A stretch of DNA of 64,000 nucleotides from the IMG/VR virus record IMGVR_UViG_3300021255_000070, positions 1-64,000 of that record; one strand, 5' to 3'. The notes beneath the pieces were generated by a model, which saw nothing but the letters and a program-made list of their open reading frames with translations, was not told where the DNA came from and did not search any database. Positions 37,494 through 49,500 of the stretch are shown here, one piece after another. The stretch comes from a virus. Its lineage: Duplodnaviria; Caudoviricetes. The translations under genes and the position numbers were made by a program. Each line of letters begins with the position of its first letter. Position 1 is the stretch's first letter.

Positions 37494-38393
37494 ATGCCAC
37501 AAGCTGATTCAACAGGTAAAACTTACCAACAAACAGGTCCTTCTGATTTTAGCGCAGCTAACAGATTATGGTCTGATGCTATGAAAATGCAATTGCTTGG
37601 TTCTAGTATGATTAGTGGAGCTTTTACAGATGCAGGTAATGTAGCACAAGCAAGAAGAGATGCTGACTATTATAATCAACTAAGTCAATATGCTAATGAC
37701 CCTATTGGTATGGCTCAAGCATTACAGAATGGTACTATTAATTCATCAGGTATTTCTAATACTGCTGCTAAAGATACTAGAGATTACTTAACTAGTGCAG
37801 CTACTAATTGGTCATCTAATACAAAGACTGCTGATGAAGAGTTTTTACGTCAACAGAACGAACAATTTAGTCCAGAAGTTCAGTTATATAAAGACCTTAT
37901 GAAACAAGGTAAATCTGCTGAAGCTGCTAAAGTTGCTAATGGTGCTATTGGAAGAGGAGCTAATGCTAGAATCTTTACAGAAGCTCCTAACTATACTTTA
38001 GACCAAGTTAGAGCATCTACTTGGGCTACTGCTGTTGGCTTACAAAAAGATTTAGAAAATAGAGCTGACTGGTATGCACAGCAAATATTACCTAAAGCTG
38101 TTCAATCTATAGGTGGTATGGTTAATAGTGGTAATGGTGAATTTGTAGACCCAGCATTATTACATGGTTTAATTTACGACCCTACTTCAAGAATTCCTAG
38201 TGATTTAAGACCAATAGTTGAATCCAGATTAAGTGCCATGATTGCTAACAAGGCTAATAATGAAAATGGCGGTAGTAATTTCTTAAGTAACTACAATAAC
38301 CTTAATACTGGTTCAAATACTAGTCATTCTTCTCAAACTAGCAATCAAGGAAGTACTGGAGTTACCGGTGCTGGCTTACTTGATAACAGATAA
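37494..38393 (+). CDS. Putative internal virion/ejection protein (gp51-like N-terminus)
   Basis: Cys-free, A/Q/N/S-rich, AAGGAGG RBS, position before vRNAP. Confidence 0.6.
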   Translation: MPQADSTGKTYQQTGPSDFSAANRLWSDAMKMQLLGSSMISGAFTDAGNVAQARRDADYYNQLSQYANDPIGMAQALQNGTINSSGISNTAAKDTRDYLTSAATNWSSNTKTADEEFLRQQNEQFSPEVQLYKDLMKQGKSAEAAKVANGAIGRGANARIFTEAPNYTLDQVRASTWATAVGLQKDLENRADWYAQQILPKAVQSIGGMVNSGNGEFVDPALLHGLIYDPTSRIPSDLRPIVESRLSAMIANKANNENGGSNFLSNYNNLNTGSNTSHSSQTSNQGSTGVTGAGLLDNR

Positions 38394-38409
38394 CTAAGGA
38401 GTATATTTT

Positions 38410-39087
38410 ATGTCAGATTTAAACTCACAATTAGAATCTTTATTATCTTCTGCTAGAGCAGCAAGAGAAGTAGGTGATGTTGATGCTAGTAATGCTGCTA
38501 TGAATGCTTTAGGTCAATTTGTTGCTAGTCAGTCTCATACTAATCCTAATGCTTTATATAATTTAGACTCTAGCAGAGGTAATTATGCTTTAATGTCAGA
38601 AGCTCAGAATGCATGGTTAGCAGACCCAAGAAATGCTGAAACTATTCGTTCTTGGTATGCACCTGCTAAACAGGCTTCAGCATCTAATTCTAGACCTAGA
38701 ACTAGAGCCAAGGTTAATACTCATAGGTCAACTACTTCTACTCCTGTTAATGCTAAAGAAATGACAGATCAATATATACCTGCTGAAGGTATTGACCCTA
38801 ATGGTTGGATACCTGTATCTTCTATGCCAACCAATTTATCACCTAATGAAGTAGATGTTAGTAATTTAGGTTATTCATCTGGAACAGGTAGACTGGCTCC
38901 TGTATTCCAAACAGAACCATTACCTAGTTCTACTAATTTAGGATTTTTTAATAATTTAACTAATAGTAATGGTGGCATAGTTCCATTAATTGATTTTGTA
39001 TCTAATGCTTCTAGCTGGTCACAACCAACTAGCTATCCTAGAACACGTAGTTCTTTTAGCTATTTTAATAGAAGCTTTACTAGATAA
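38410..39087 (+). CDS. Putative internal virion protein
   Basis: Cys-free, S/P/N-rich, own AAGGAG RBS. Confidence 0.55.
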   Translation: MSDLNSQLESLLSSARAAREVGDVDASNAAMNALGQFVASQSHTNPNALYNLDSSRGNYALMSEAQNAWLADPRNAETIRSWYAPAKQASASNSRPRTRAKVNTHRSTTSTPVNAKEMTDQYIPAEGIDPNGWIPVSSMPTNLSPNEVDVSNLGYSSGTGRLAPVFQTEPLPSSTNLGFFNNLTNSNGGIVPLIDFVSNASSWSQPTSYPRTRSSFSYFNRSFTR

Positions 39088-39098
39088 AGGAGGTTATT

Positions 39099-40415
39099 AT
39101 GTCTGATCCAACACTTGCACAAAAACTCCTTAATGAAGGTATTAAACGTTATGAGTCTATGCAACAAAATGCAGTTGATCCTGCAAATCCACAATCAGAA
39201 TCTGACGTTGATAGAATATTAGCTGGTATTTACAATATAGTATATACACTTCCTTCCACAGCTCCTTTTGCAGCAGCAAAGGATAGTAGTAATGTTGTAA
39301 AAAATTATGTTAATAATACTAAAACTAGAAGTGATTTTGATGATTATGTAAATCAGGTTATTGATAATGGTACTTTTGGTTCTCCTAATTCTCCAGCAGA
39401 GAGAGAAGCTCTAGCTGATAGTTTTAGAGAAGCTATTACAAGACAATATAATAATAGTAGAAATACCAGTATTGATGCTCAGAGAGCTAATACTTTAGAT
39501 CTTAAGAATAAAGCAGATGATACTGTATTTAATGCTTTAGGTATGCAAAAAGAATTAGATTATAAACGTAAAGTAGGAACTGATACTACTCCACTTTTAT
39601 ATGCTGATTCTGCACTTAGAAATTCTAGACCTATAAATCCAGTAACTAATCAGGAAGAACCTTGGATAGCTAATCCTAAGAATTTAAGTGATTTACATAA
39701 GAATATGACTAATGAAATTAATAAATATGTAAATCATGTTAGAGCACAAATGCCTGTAGGTATTTCTGGCAAAGATTTAGAATCTATTACTGAAAAAGCT
39801 AGGTCAGATGATGATATTTATGATTATCTGGCTCAGAAATTAAGACCTGCAAATGAAAAAGATAATGATTCTGTAGCAAAGCAACTTGCTTATCGTCAGG
39901 AAATTAAACAGTCACTAGAAGACTTCCAGAGAATTTATCAGACTAGACATGGTTATGGTGTTTCTACTGCGGATGCAGCTTTAGCTTATTTGAACCAAAG
40001 ACATGAAAATAATGTGGGTAATGCAGATTTACCTTTAGGGCAAAGTACTTCTGCCTTAGAGCGTGGTCTTAGAAGTGCTGTTGTAGCTAGACAGAATTAT
40101 GAAACTTTATCTGATTTAGCTAATAAAATTAACACTTATAATGCTAGTTATAACAATTTAGCTACTATACAGAATAATTATATTAACTATTCTAGATATG
40201 CAACTGATATCCAAAATAAGCATAGTCATAAGAAAACTCAATTTACAGAAGCTGCTATGAATAATATTCATAAATACATGAATAAGTTTAATGATGATTT
40301 GCAGTATAGTGGTGGTTTGTATGAAACAGCAAGTAAAAATTTAGCTGATACCTTATTGCGAGATAATGCTTTACGTAAAAGTGAGCAACTTAGAAGTGAA
40401 ACACAATCTTATTAG
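39099..40415 (+). CDS. Putative internal virion/ejection protein
   Basis: Cys-free, helical, own AAGGAGG RBS. Confidence 0.55.
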   Translation: MSDPTLAQKLLNEGIKRYESMQQNAVDPANPQSESDVDRILAGIYNIVYTLPSTAPFAAAKDSSNVVKNYVNNTKTRSDFDDYVNQVIDNGTFGSPNSPAEREALADSFREAITRQYNNSRNTSIDAQRANTLDLKNKADDTVFNALGMQKELDYKRKVGTDTTPLLYADSALRNSRPINPVTNQEEPWIANPKNLSDLHKNMTNEINKYVNHVRAQMPVGISGKDLESITEKARSDDDIYDYLAQKLRPANEKDNDSVAKQLAYRQEIKQSLEDFQRIYQTRHGYGVSTADAALAYLNQRHENNVGNADLPLGQSTSALERGLRSAVVARQNYETLSDLANKINTYNASYNNLATIQNNYINYSRYATDIQNKHSHKKTQFTEAAMNNIHKYMNKFNDDLQYSGGLYETASKNLADTLLRDNALRKSEQLRSETQSY

Positions 40416-40433
40416 TTACCTATCTAAAAACAT

Positions 40434-40465
40434 AGAGGATACTTAATTGAGTATCCTCTTTTTTT
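40434..40465 (+). terminator. Intrinsic terminator
   Basis: AGAGGATACT-TAATTG-AGTATCCTCT followed by a T run. Confidence 0.85.
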
Positions 40466-40528
40466 ATCTTATACTTCTAAGTAGTTTAAATACTAAAATT
40501 TGTTTATTTTGAAAGAAGGCGGGTTACT

Positions 40529-43500
40529 ATGTCTGACTTATTTAATGCTACTATGCAAATGATCCAAAACAATGCTCAAAATCTTGCTTCTAACCAACCA
40601 GCTACTCCGCCTGATGCTATGGTAAGTCAGACTCCTACAATTAATCCTAGTCTTTCTCAAGAACAGGTAGCTCAATTTATTGACAATGTAGATGGAGCTT
40701 CTTATCAGGCAGCTAGAGAAAGAGGTGATACATCTGGTGTATCTCCTGAAACTCTTAAAGTAGCACATGCATCTCGTGATGAATTGATTCAACTATTAGG
40801 TGAACAGGGTGCTGATGCTGCTCTATATAAAATTAATACTGGTATTAATGCTTATAATTCTGCTTCTTCTATAAGTCGTACAGCTCCTCAATTTGTTACT
40901 GATAATGTTTCTAGATTTGCAGGTGGTGTAGCTGGCTTGGGTGGTGTAGTAGCTACAGGTGCTGCAACAGCAGTAGATAGAACTATTAATGGCTTTACTG
41001 GTTCAGATGACTATACATTAACTAAAGCTACAGCAAATGCTTCTAGAGCCTTAACAGATTTCTTTGATAAAACTTTAACTTCTGATTCAAGAATTGCTCA
41101 GCAATTTGCTTCAGATGCACGTAGAGCAGATAGAGCTGCTGCTAATCAAGCTAAATATGAATATGATAAAACACATGGTAAAGGTATTGAAGCAGATTTA
41201 GCATACTTTGGTAGAGGTGCTACTGATGGTATTAGGAATGCATTTGATACTCCTTCTGATTTAGCTGAAGGTGTAGCTGATGTTGCTGGTTCATTAATAG
41301 GTTTCTCTACTGGTATTGGCTTAGCTGGTAAAGCTGCACAAGTAGGCGGTAAATTCTTACCTAAATTCTTATCAAATATGTCTGATGATGCAATTAGAGC
41401 ATCACAAGCTTTACGAGCTTCTGGAGCCAACGGTAAGCAAATTCTAGAAGTTTTAGGGGCTAGAAGTGGTGAAAAGTTAGGTGCATTAGATAGGTTAGGT
41501 ATTCACATGGGTACTCCAGCTATGCTTAATGCTGCTGCTGTTGGTGGTGAAGGTGTAGAACAGGCATTAGCAGAATTAGATGGTGTTACTGATACTGAAT
41601 TAATGGAAAGTTCTCCTGTAGCTAAACTCTACTATGATGCTTATATACAGGATGGATATACTCCGAGCGAAGCTATGAGAATGATGAGAGAAAAGATTGA
41701 AGCTAATCTCATTATTCCAGCTTTCCAATCAGGAGCATTAGCAGGTGCTGTATCTGGTAAATTATTAGATAAAGTACTGCGTAATCCTTTAACTTTAAAT
41801 GTAGGAAGACAGTTACAGAAAAATCAGATTAATATGCTTAGTGAAGCATATGCTTCTGGTGAAAAGGATTTATTTAATGCTGCTATAGCAAAAACTGCTG
41901 CTAAAACAGCTAAGACAGCTAAACCTGAATCTTTCTTAAGTCGTACTCTTGCAGAGGGTGGAGAGGAAATAGTAGAAACAGCTCCTACTCCATTTATTAA
42001 TGCTGCCGTTCAGGAAAACTTAGATCCAACTAGAAACATATTAGATAATTGGGGTGAAGAAGTAGGTGAATCTGGTGCTTTAGGTGCTCTTGCTGGTTCT
42101 GGAGTTGTATCTCCTGCTACTGTCGGCAGAGGTATTACTAAGGGCATTAAGTCTGTTCTTGGTTCAAAGAAAAAATCTTCAGATACTGAGGATACAGAAT
42201 CTCCTTCACTCTCTAGTATGTCTGAAGAAGACCGTGCTGAAGGTGTTAAAGAATTTAATGCTGCTATGGAAACTAACGATACATCTGGCTTATCAGCTAA
42301 AGGTGTATCTGCCGGTTTAACTGAGTCAGGACTATTAAAGAAAACTTCTAACGAAGAAGGTATTTCTGAAGTAACCCCTGATGAAAATTTAACTGCTGAA
42401 GAAAGTGAGTATGTAACTAATCTTCCTTTAAATTCTTCTGAAAAATCTAGAGTTACTGAGTTAAAGAACCAAGGTTTAATTGATAAAGATGCTGTAATTA
42501 CTACTAAAGCAGATTACTATGAAGCTCTTTTAAATACTGCTGCTAAAGCTAGTGAGACTGATGAAAATGGTCATCATACTATTACTTTAACTAAAGATCA
42601 GTATCGAGTACTTGAAGATGAAATTGATGAGATGGGTACTCAATTATCTTGGAAACATTCTGAACAACCATCTGATGCAAGAGTTAGAAATATTGCTAAC
42701 TGGATGAGTAATAATCAGAACCTTCAGAACCAGAGAAATGAGTTATCTAGTCTTGGTTATTCAATGTTCCAAGAAGAAATGAAGGATGAAAATACTGTTA
42801 AAGAAATCAATAACATTCAGCAGATTACAAGTAAGCAAGATAATAAATCAAATGTAGAACTTACTAATAGTAATACTTTTGGTTCAGTAGTAAGACATGC
42901 TATTGCTTCTATTAATAATATTAGTAATTTAATTACTAAGAAAGAATCACAAGAATCTGATTCTGAAGTAAATACTCAAGAGATTGATAAAGTAATTGAA
43001 GTTTTACAGGCTGTTAAAAATGGTATTGAGCATGGTAATATCAAGATTACTTCAGAGAATAATAGACTTATTGCTAAAGCTACTATGGCTCATGAGATAC
43101 TGTCTCAGTGGAGAAATACAGTACAACAAATCTCAAAAATACCTAATGTTAATGCAAATATCTCTTTAGTTAATACTCAAAAAGTAGGTAGTAGAACCAA
43201 TCTTAATAATGAGAATGCTTCTATAGATTCTATTTCTCAGGAAGAGACTGGTTATGATAAACCTCCTTTAATTACTCATCTTAACAGAATGTTAAATGCT
43301 TATTTAGCTAATGATATTCTTGGCTATAAAGCAGCTCGTCTGGCTCTAGATAAATTTATCGCTACGCAGAATGCTAAATTATTTAAATTACAGCATGCCT
43401 TAGATTTATACAGAGATACTAAAGCAGGTAAAGTAAGTAATACTAAGCGAGATGTTGAAAAGGGTGAATGGACTATTAATTCAAATAATGAAGAGTCTAT

Positions 43501-46500
43501 GAGAAATCTTGCTTCAGCTATTGGATTAGAGAACGCTTTAATGGGTTCTCTAAGAAATCTTGTTGAAGTATTTATGTTCCAATCAAGTGCTCACAGCGAT
43601 AATTACAAAGAGCATACACCTTTCAACTTACGAAAGAAGAATACAGTATTTTCTGAAATAGATGAGAATAAACGTGAATCTAGCAAGACTGCTATGATTA
43701 AACGTTTAAAAGGCAGAGGAAGTATCTTAAATACAGACGCTAAAAATGCTCTTGAAAGATATTTAAATAGTGCTAAAAATGCTCGTACTTTAATGCAGGA
43801 ATTAGAACGTGCAGGTGCTACTGATGAACAAGGTGAATTTATAAGTTCCCCTAACGTAGAAAATCCAAGTACTACTTTTAATGATTCTCAAGTTACTAAA
43901 GAAGAAGAAGAAGTAGAAGCTAAATCTTCTGAACCAAGTAAAGAAGCTACATCTGGCACTGGTTCTACTACTTCTGAAGATACTTCAAGTACAAATATTC
44001 CTGAAACAGAAATAGATACAGAAGAAGTTAGTAAGAAAGTTCTAAGTGCAGAGGAAGAAGCTGTTAAAGAAATATTTGACGGTATTGAAGGTACTGATGA
44101 AGAAACTACTGAACCAGATTCTGAAACAGATTCTAAAGGTACTTGGTATAGAGAATTACCTGCAAATGATTCTACTAAATTTATTAATAAAGGCTATCGC
44201 CTATTTACAGTAGAAGCTCATGTATATCTAAGACAGAACCAGTTACGTAGCTTCCAAGGTGGTAGATCAAAGATTTATTCTGATGGTGCTGCATTCTTTA
44301 CAGCAGATGAAATCTTATTATTAAGTCATAATTTAAAAGCTGTAAAGACCTTAGATAATGATTTAAGTAATTCTACTGTATCCTTGGCTCCTACATCTAC
44401 TTCAGGTATTAATGGTATTCTATCTAGTTTATGGAAGAGATATACTGGTGGTAAGAAAGAAAAATCTGTTACTAAAACAGTGGATGATTTAAAAGCACAA
44501 TATAAGAAAGATGCTTATAACAAGCTAACTAAGGGATTTGATTCTTACTATCAGAAATTAAATGATAACTTTAAAGAGTCTACAAATACTTTTAAAGATT
44601 CATTTAATAATGAAGCAAAAGTTAAGAATTTAGTAGAAGCTTATAACAATGCTAAAGAGTCTTCAGAGAAACAAAAAATCTCTACTGAGATTGAGAATCT
44701 GTTATTTACAAGTATGAATAATAGATTTAATTTCCCTGTAGCTTTATTTACTAAGAGTGGTAAGTCCAGTGTTATTTCCATTGGCTCAGATGGAGTATCT
44801 TTTGAGTTAGAGCTTAATAAAGAAGCTGTTGAAGTAGCTTATCATGCTATACAGCAAGAATTATATAACCAAAGAAATAAAGCTTCTTCTGTAGATTTAA
44901 ATTCTCCTCGTTGGGAAAATGTTCAATTCCCTAAAGGTAAAAGACGAGCTATTTTAGATGAGTGGGAATATGCTGTTAATGCTCATGATGTTATTTCTAA
45001 TATAATTCCTAAAGTAAAAGGTTATTTAAATATTAGAGATACTTCTTCATTTACAGAAGCAGAGTCTAATCTTATTGCTCATGGTATAGCTTATCTCATG
45101 GCTCCATTAGAAGGAGAAGAAGAAGGTAGTGAGTTCATAATTAAGACAGTAACTAATCCAAGTACTTTAAATAGAGATACAGATTTAGCTGCTTATGCTA
45201 AAGCAGTAAATGGTAATAAAGATACTGTAAATGTTATCTCATTTAAACGTTCAAATGGCACTGTAATTAATACCCTTTATGAACCAGATTGTGCTAAAAG
45301 AGCTTCTTCTGTAATGGATGAAATCTATGATTATAGAGTAGATACTCCTATTAACCTTGGTTCAGAAGGTAAAGCTAATATTGACTCTTTAAATCTGAAG
45401 GATAAACGTAAGAATATGCCTCAGAATAGAGTTGGTAAGTATGAACAAGAAGTTATTGAAGATAGACAAAGTGAAAAATATACCCCTGTCACTGAGCAAT
45501 TTAAGCTTTATACTAAATTTTTTGGTAGTAATGATAGAGAATCTATAGATAATATCTGTAAAGCATTTACTGGTTATACAAAATCAGAGGTAGATGAGTA
45601 CTTCAAATTTAGAGCATTGGCTGATGATGATGGTAGTTTTTCAGAGGAAAAATGGGAAAACAATAATCAGGGTTTTACTTCTAAAGAAGATGCACAGCAA
45701 GCTTTTAATGACTATAACATTAATAAGCATGAATTTAATTACATGTGCAAATTACGTAGCTCTCAGATTCCATATGTTCAAGGCTATGAAACTTGTATTG
45801 AATTAGCTAATGCCATGATGGAAGCTTTGAGCTATACAGATAGTTTACAAAACTTCTTATCTGAAAAAGTACCTAATTTAACTGATGCTGAAAAAGAACA
45901 GATTAGTCAGCATTATGGTTATCAAATTACTGTATCTGGTCGTTTACAGGATGCTACTTCATCTATTAGCCCTGTTACTAATAAGATAGTACGTGAACTT
46001 ATTTCTAATTTAAATCCTGTAACTATTACTAAAGAAGACACAGCTCCTAAGTCCATACAAGATAAACCAGAATTAGCTACTTGGATGCTAAGTGTTAATC
46101 AGGCTTTTGGTCAGAAGTTATGGAGTACCAATCTTCCTACTGCTGTATCTAATATTAATAAATATATTAAAGAGTTAAAACCTGAGCTTGGTAGTACATG
46201 GAATAAACTTATTTCTATAGCTGAGAATCAAGAAGTAAATAAACTAACTACTGAAGAAATTACAGCTATTAGAGAAGCATTAGATAAATATGGATATGAT
46301 GTATCCCCTCTATCTATCCATGCTCTTGTTGACTTGGCTCAGTACTCTTCCTTAAAAGCAGGTGAACAGTTTAAATCTTCAATGTATATTGAAGTAGATT
46401 CACGTTCTTCTGGTGCATCTATTATGGCTTCTCGTTATAACGTAGATGGATTTACAGAAGATGAAATTAATCTGATGGAATCTGCTGGATATATGGTCTA

Positions 46501-49500
46501 TAGAGTAGAAAGACCATCGGATATTTTAACTGCTGAACCAAACAGTCATTACAAGAGAGATTTATATCAAAACTCTGGTGATAAAGTAATTAATCAAATT
46601 AATGAGGATGGTTCTAAGTTCTTTGCTAAATCTAACAAAGAAGTACATCAGATTAGAACAGCTACATTAAGATTAATGTCTGTATTTAATCCTAAATTCT
46701 TCAAAGTAGATATAGATAAAGATGGTATAGCTACTGTAAAAGAAGCTACTCGTGATTCTGGTAAGACTACCATGACACCTATTGGTTATGGTTCTCAGAT
46801 AGGTGGTATTTCTCATCAGAAAGTATCTGATTTATTAGATGGAATCTACAATACCTATAATCAGATGGCTGAAGAATTAGCTGAAAAACCAGATATGTTT
46901 AATAAGCTATCTTCTCCAAAAGAAATTCAGGAAGAAATCTTATTCTTCATTGGTTCTCACTTCTTTAAAAAGAAGAGCGAAGACATATCTGATGAAGCTT
47001 TCAGAAAAGAACTTATAGAAACAACTAAAGAGTTCTTAGCAGATATGGATACTGTTTATGGTAGCCATTTAGGTATTCAAAACAAGCCTAATAGTTCTAC
47101 TGAATTTATCGTTACTACTAGAGAAAAGAGAGATGCTCATCCTATTTTCAAATGGTTAATAGGTAAGAATCCTAATACTCTCATTAATTTACAGAGTGGT
47201 TCTAAAGCTTATGCTCGTTTACAACAGATGGTATCTGATGCAAGCAAGATGGATTACGATGGTGATTTCTTAAGAGATAACATCAAAATCTGTATATCTG
47301 ACCCTGCATTTAGAGCTTGCCAAGACCAGTTAGGCAAATCTGTTCAGGCTACAATGAAAGATATTGAGCAGCTAACTAATCTTTCTAACTTGGTTCAGCA
47401 TATATTTAAGAGTATTGCTTCTACTGCTTTTGCTGGAACCAATACAGATAGAACTCTATCTCAAGACCAGAAAAAAGCTATAGATAGAACCAAAATAGGT
47501 AAAGCTTTACGTAAACTTGGTATTCCTTATGGTGCTGACGGTTCTGCTTCATATCCTGCATTTAAAGATGGTATTGATAGAAGCTCAAGTAACAAAGTAG
47601 CTGAACTACATATTAATGATAAGACCATAAATCTATTTAATTTATCTAAAGCTACTCCTCTAGGAGAAGGTGGTAAATCAGGTCTTACCCAAGGTGCAGG
47701 TGACGGTGATGTAGTTAATATCTTGGTTCATCTAAATAAAGCTATGGATAGATTCCTAGCAGTATTTGATGGTATCAATATTGAATTAAATAATTTAGGC
47801 AAAGTAGCTGACAAGATTACTGAAGCTCAGTTAGAGAGCCATAAACAAGTAATTTATGCAGGTATGTTAGATGCCTTTAATGCTATTACAAGTATTCTTA
47901 AAGAGAACCCTGAAATTTTCAATATAGAAAATGCATTTAGTATTGTAGGAAATGAGACAGCCTTCTTTATGCTTAACTTAGTGGTACCTACTGAGTTACA
48001 TAATAAGATAAAAATAACTGATAAATATACATTAGCTGATTTAACTAAGTTAGCTAATAATTCAGATACTTATGGTGAAGCTGCTTCAGTATTTAATGAA
48101 ATAACTCCTGAAGTAATGAAGAAAGCATTTAATTTAGCTGGTAAACATTATCAGGATAAAGCTGTAAGTTGCTTAGCTAAACGTACAGTATTTCATGGTA
48201 TGCCTACAGATGAATCCTTAAGTAAAAAGTTTACTGCTGGTTCAAATTGGGAACCAAGAAAAGATGGCTTATTTACAGTTATGCCTTTGGGTCTATTTAA
48301 TATGGATTCTTATGGTTCAGGTACTAAAGAAGTACAATTTACTCCTTTCGTTGCCCAAGATTTAGATGGTAATACTATAAATATTGATACTATAAATGAT
48401 TGGAATAACTTAGGTAAAGACTTAGAACCAAAGGAAAGAGCTAATCTTAAAAATCAAATCTTAAATAATACATATGATACTAATCGTGCTTATATTGAAG
48501 GTTATAAAGATACAGCATTCCCTGTTACTACTTTTGATGATGTTGATAGTACACCTATTGAAAAAGTACGTACTATTGATGATGCTATTAAGGATATTTT
48601 TGCAGAGTCTACTTCTGATAAAAACACACGCTATGTTAAAAATAGTGAAATGCAATTTTTAAAGAGAACTGTAAAAGCACTATTTAATATTACAGGTATT
48701 AATCCTAATAATGTTAAGTATGTTGAAATATCTTTTGATAGTAGCAAAGATAAGTTAATTGAACAGATTAAGAGTCTGGGTCTTACCAGTACAGAAGAAA
48801 CTGCTCTTATTAATGATATTAACAGTAAGGATAATAAGTTTAATTTCTCTTCAATAAGAGGATTTACACAAGGTAATCTTATTATTCTTAATAGAGATAA
48901 AGGTACTTCTTGGACTTCTACTGATTCAAGATATTTAGTTCATGAGTTATGCCATATTGGTCTTTCTAATGTACTAGCTGGAAAGCTAACATCTAAAGAC
49001 ACTAGGATTGCTAATGCAGCTAATGAACTTGTTGGTTCTTTAAGAAGTAATACTAAATATTTCTTTACCTCTCTTGTAAATAGCATATATAAGAATTTAA
49101 ATAAAGAAACTAGAGATGCTATTGTAAGTTACAAGGGTAGTGGTTCTGTTTCTGAAAAAGATATTTTAAAGATTCTGTTATCTACTAGTGAAAATACTAA
49201 AGATTTAAAGAAACGGATTATTGGAGCTTTAAATGTAAATAATCAAACATCTAGTGAAACTGTCAAAGCATTCACTGATATGTTTACTCAGTTAGGTTTA
49301 GAGTATGGAAATACATCAAATCTATTTAATGGTTCTGTAGCAGATTCTACTGAAGCTGTTTTTGACACTTTGCTGAGCCAACCTAATGTATTAGACGAAG
49401 CTATAGCTTGGGTTAATTCTACTATTGAAATTAATAGATATGCTCAAACTACAGCAGCTAATAAAAATGAAGTAAAGAAGACTACTGGAATTATTAATTC

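Noticed and set aside
38130-38200. VDPALLHGLI resembling the start of a lytic transglycosylase (SLT) domain
   Set aside because: The catalytic ES motif does not follow and no other SLT motifs are visible.
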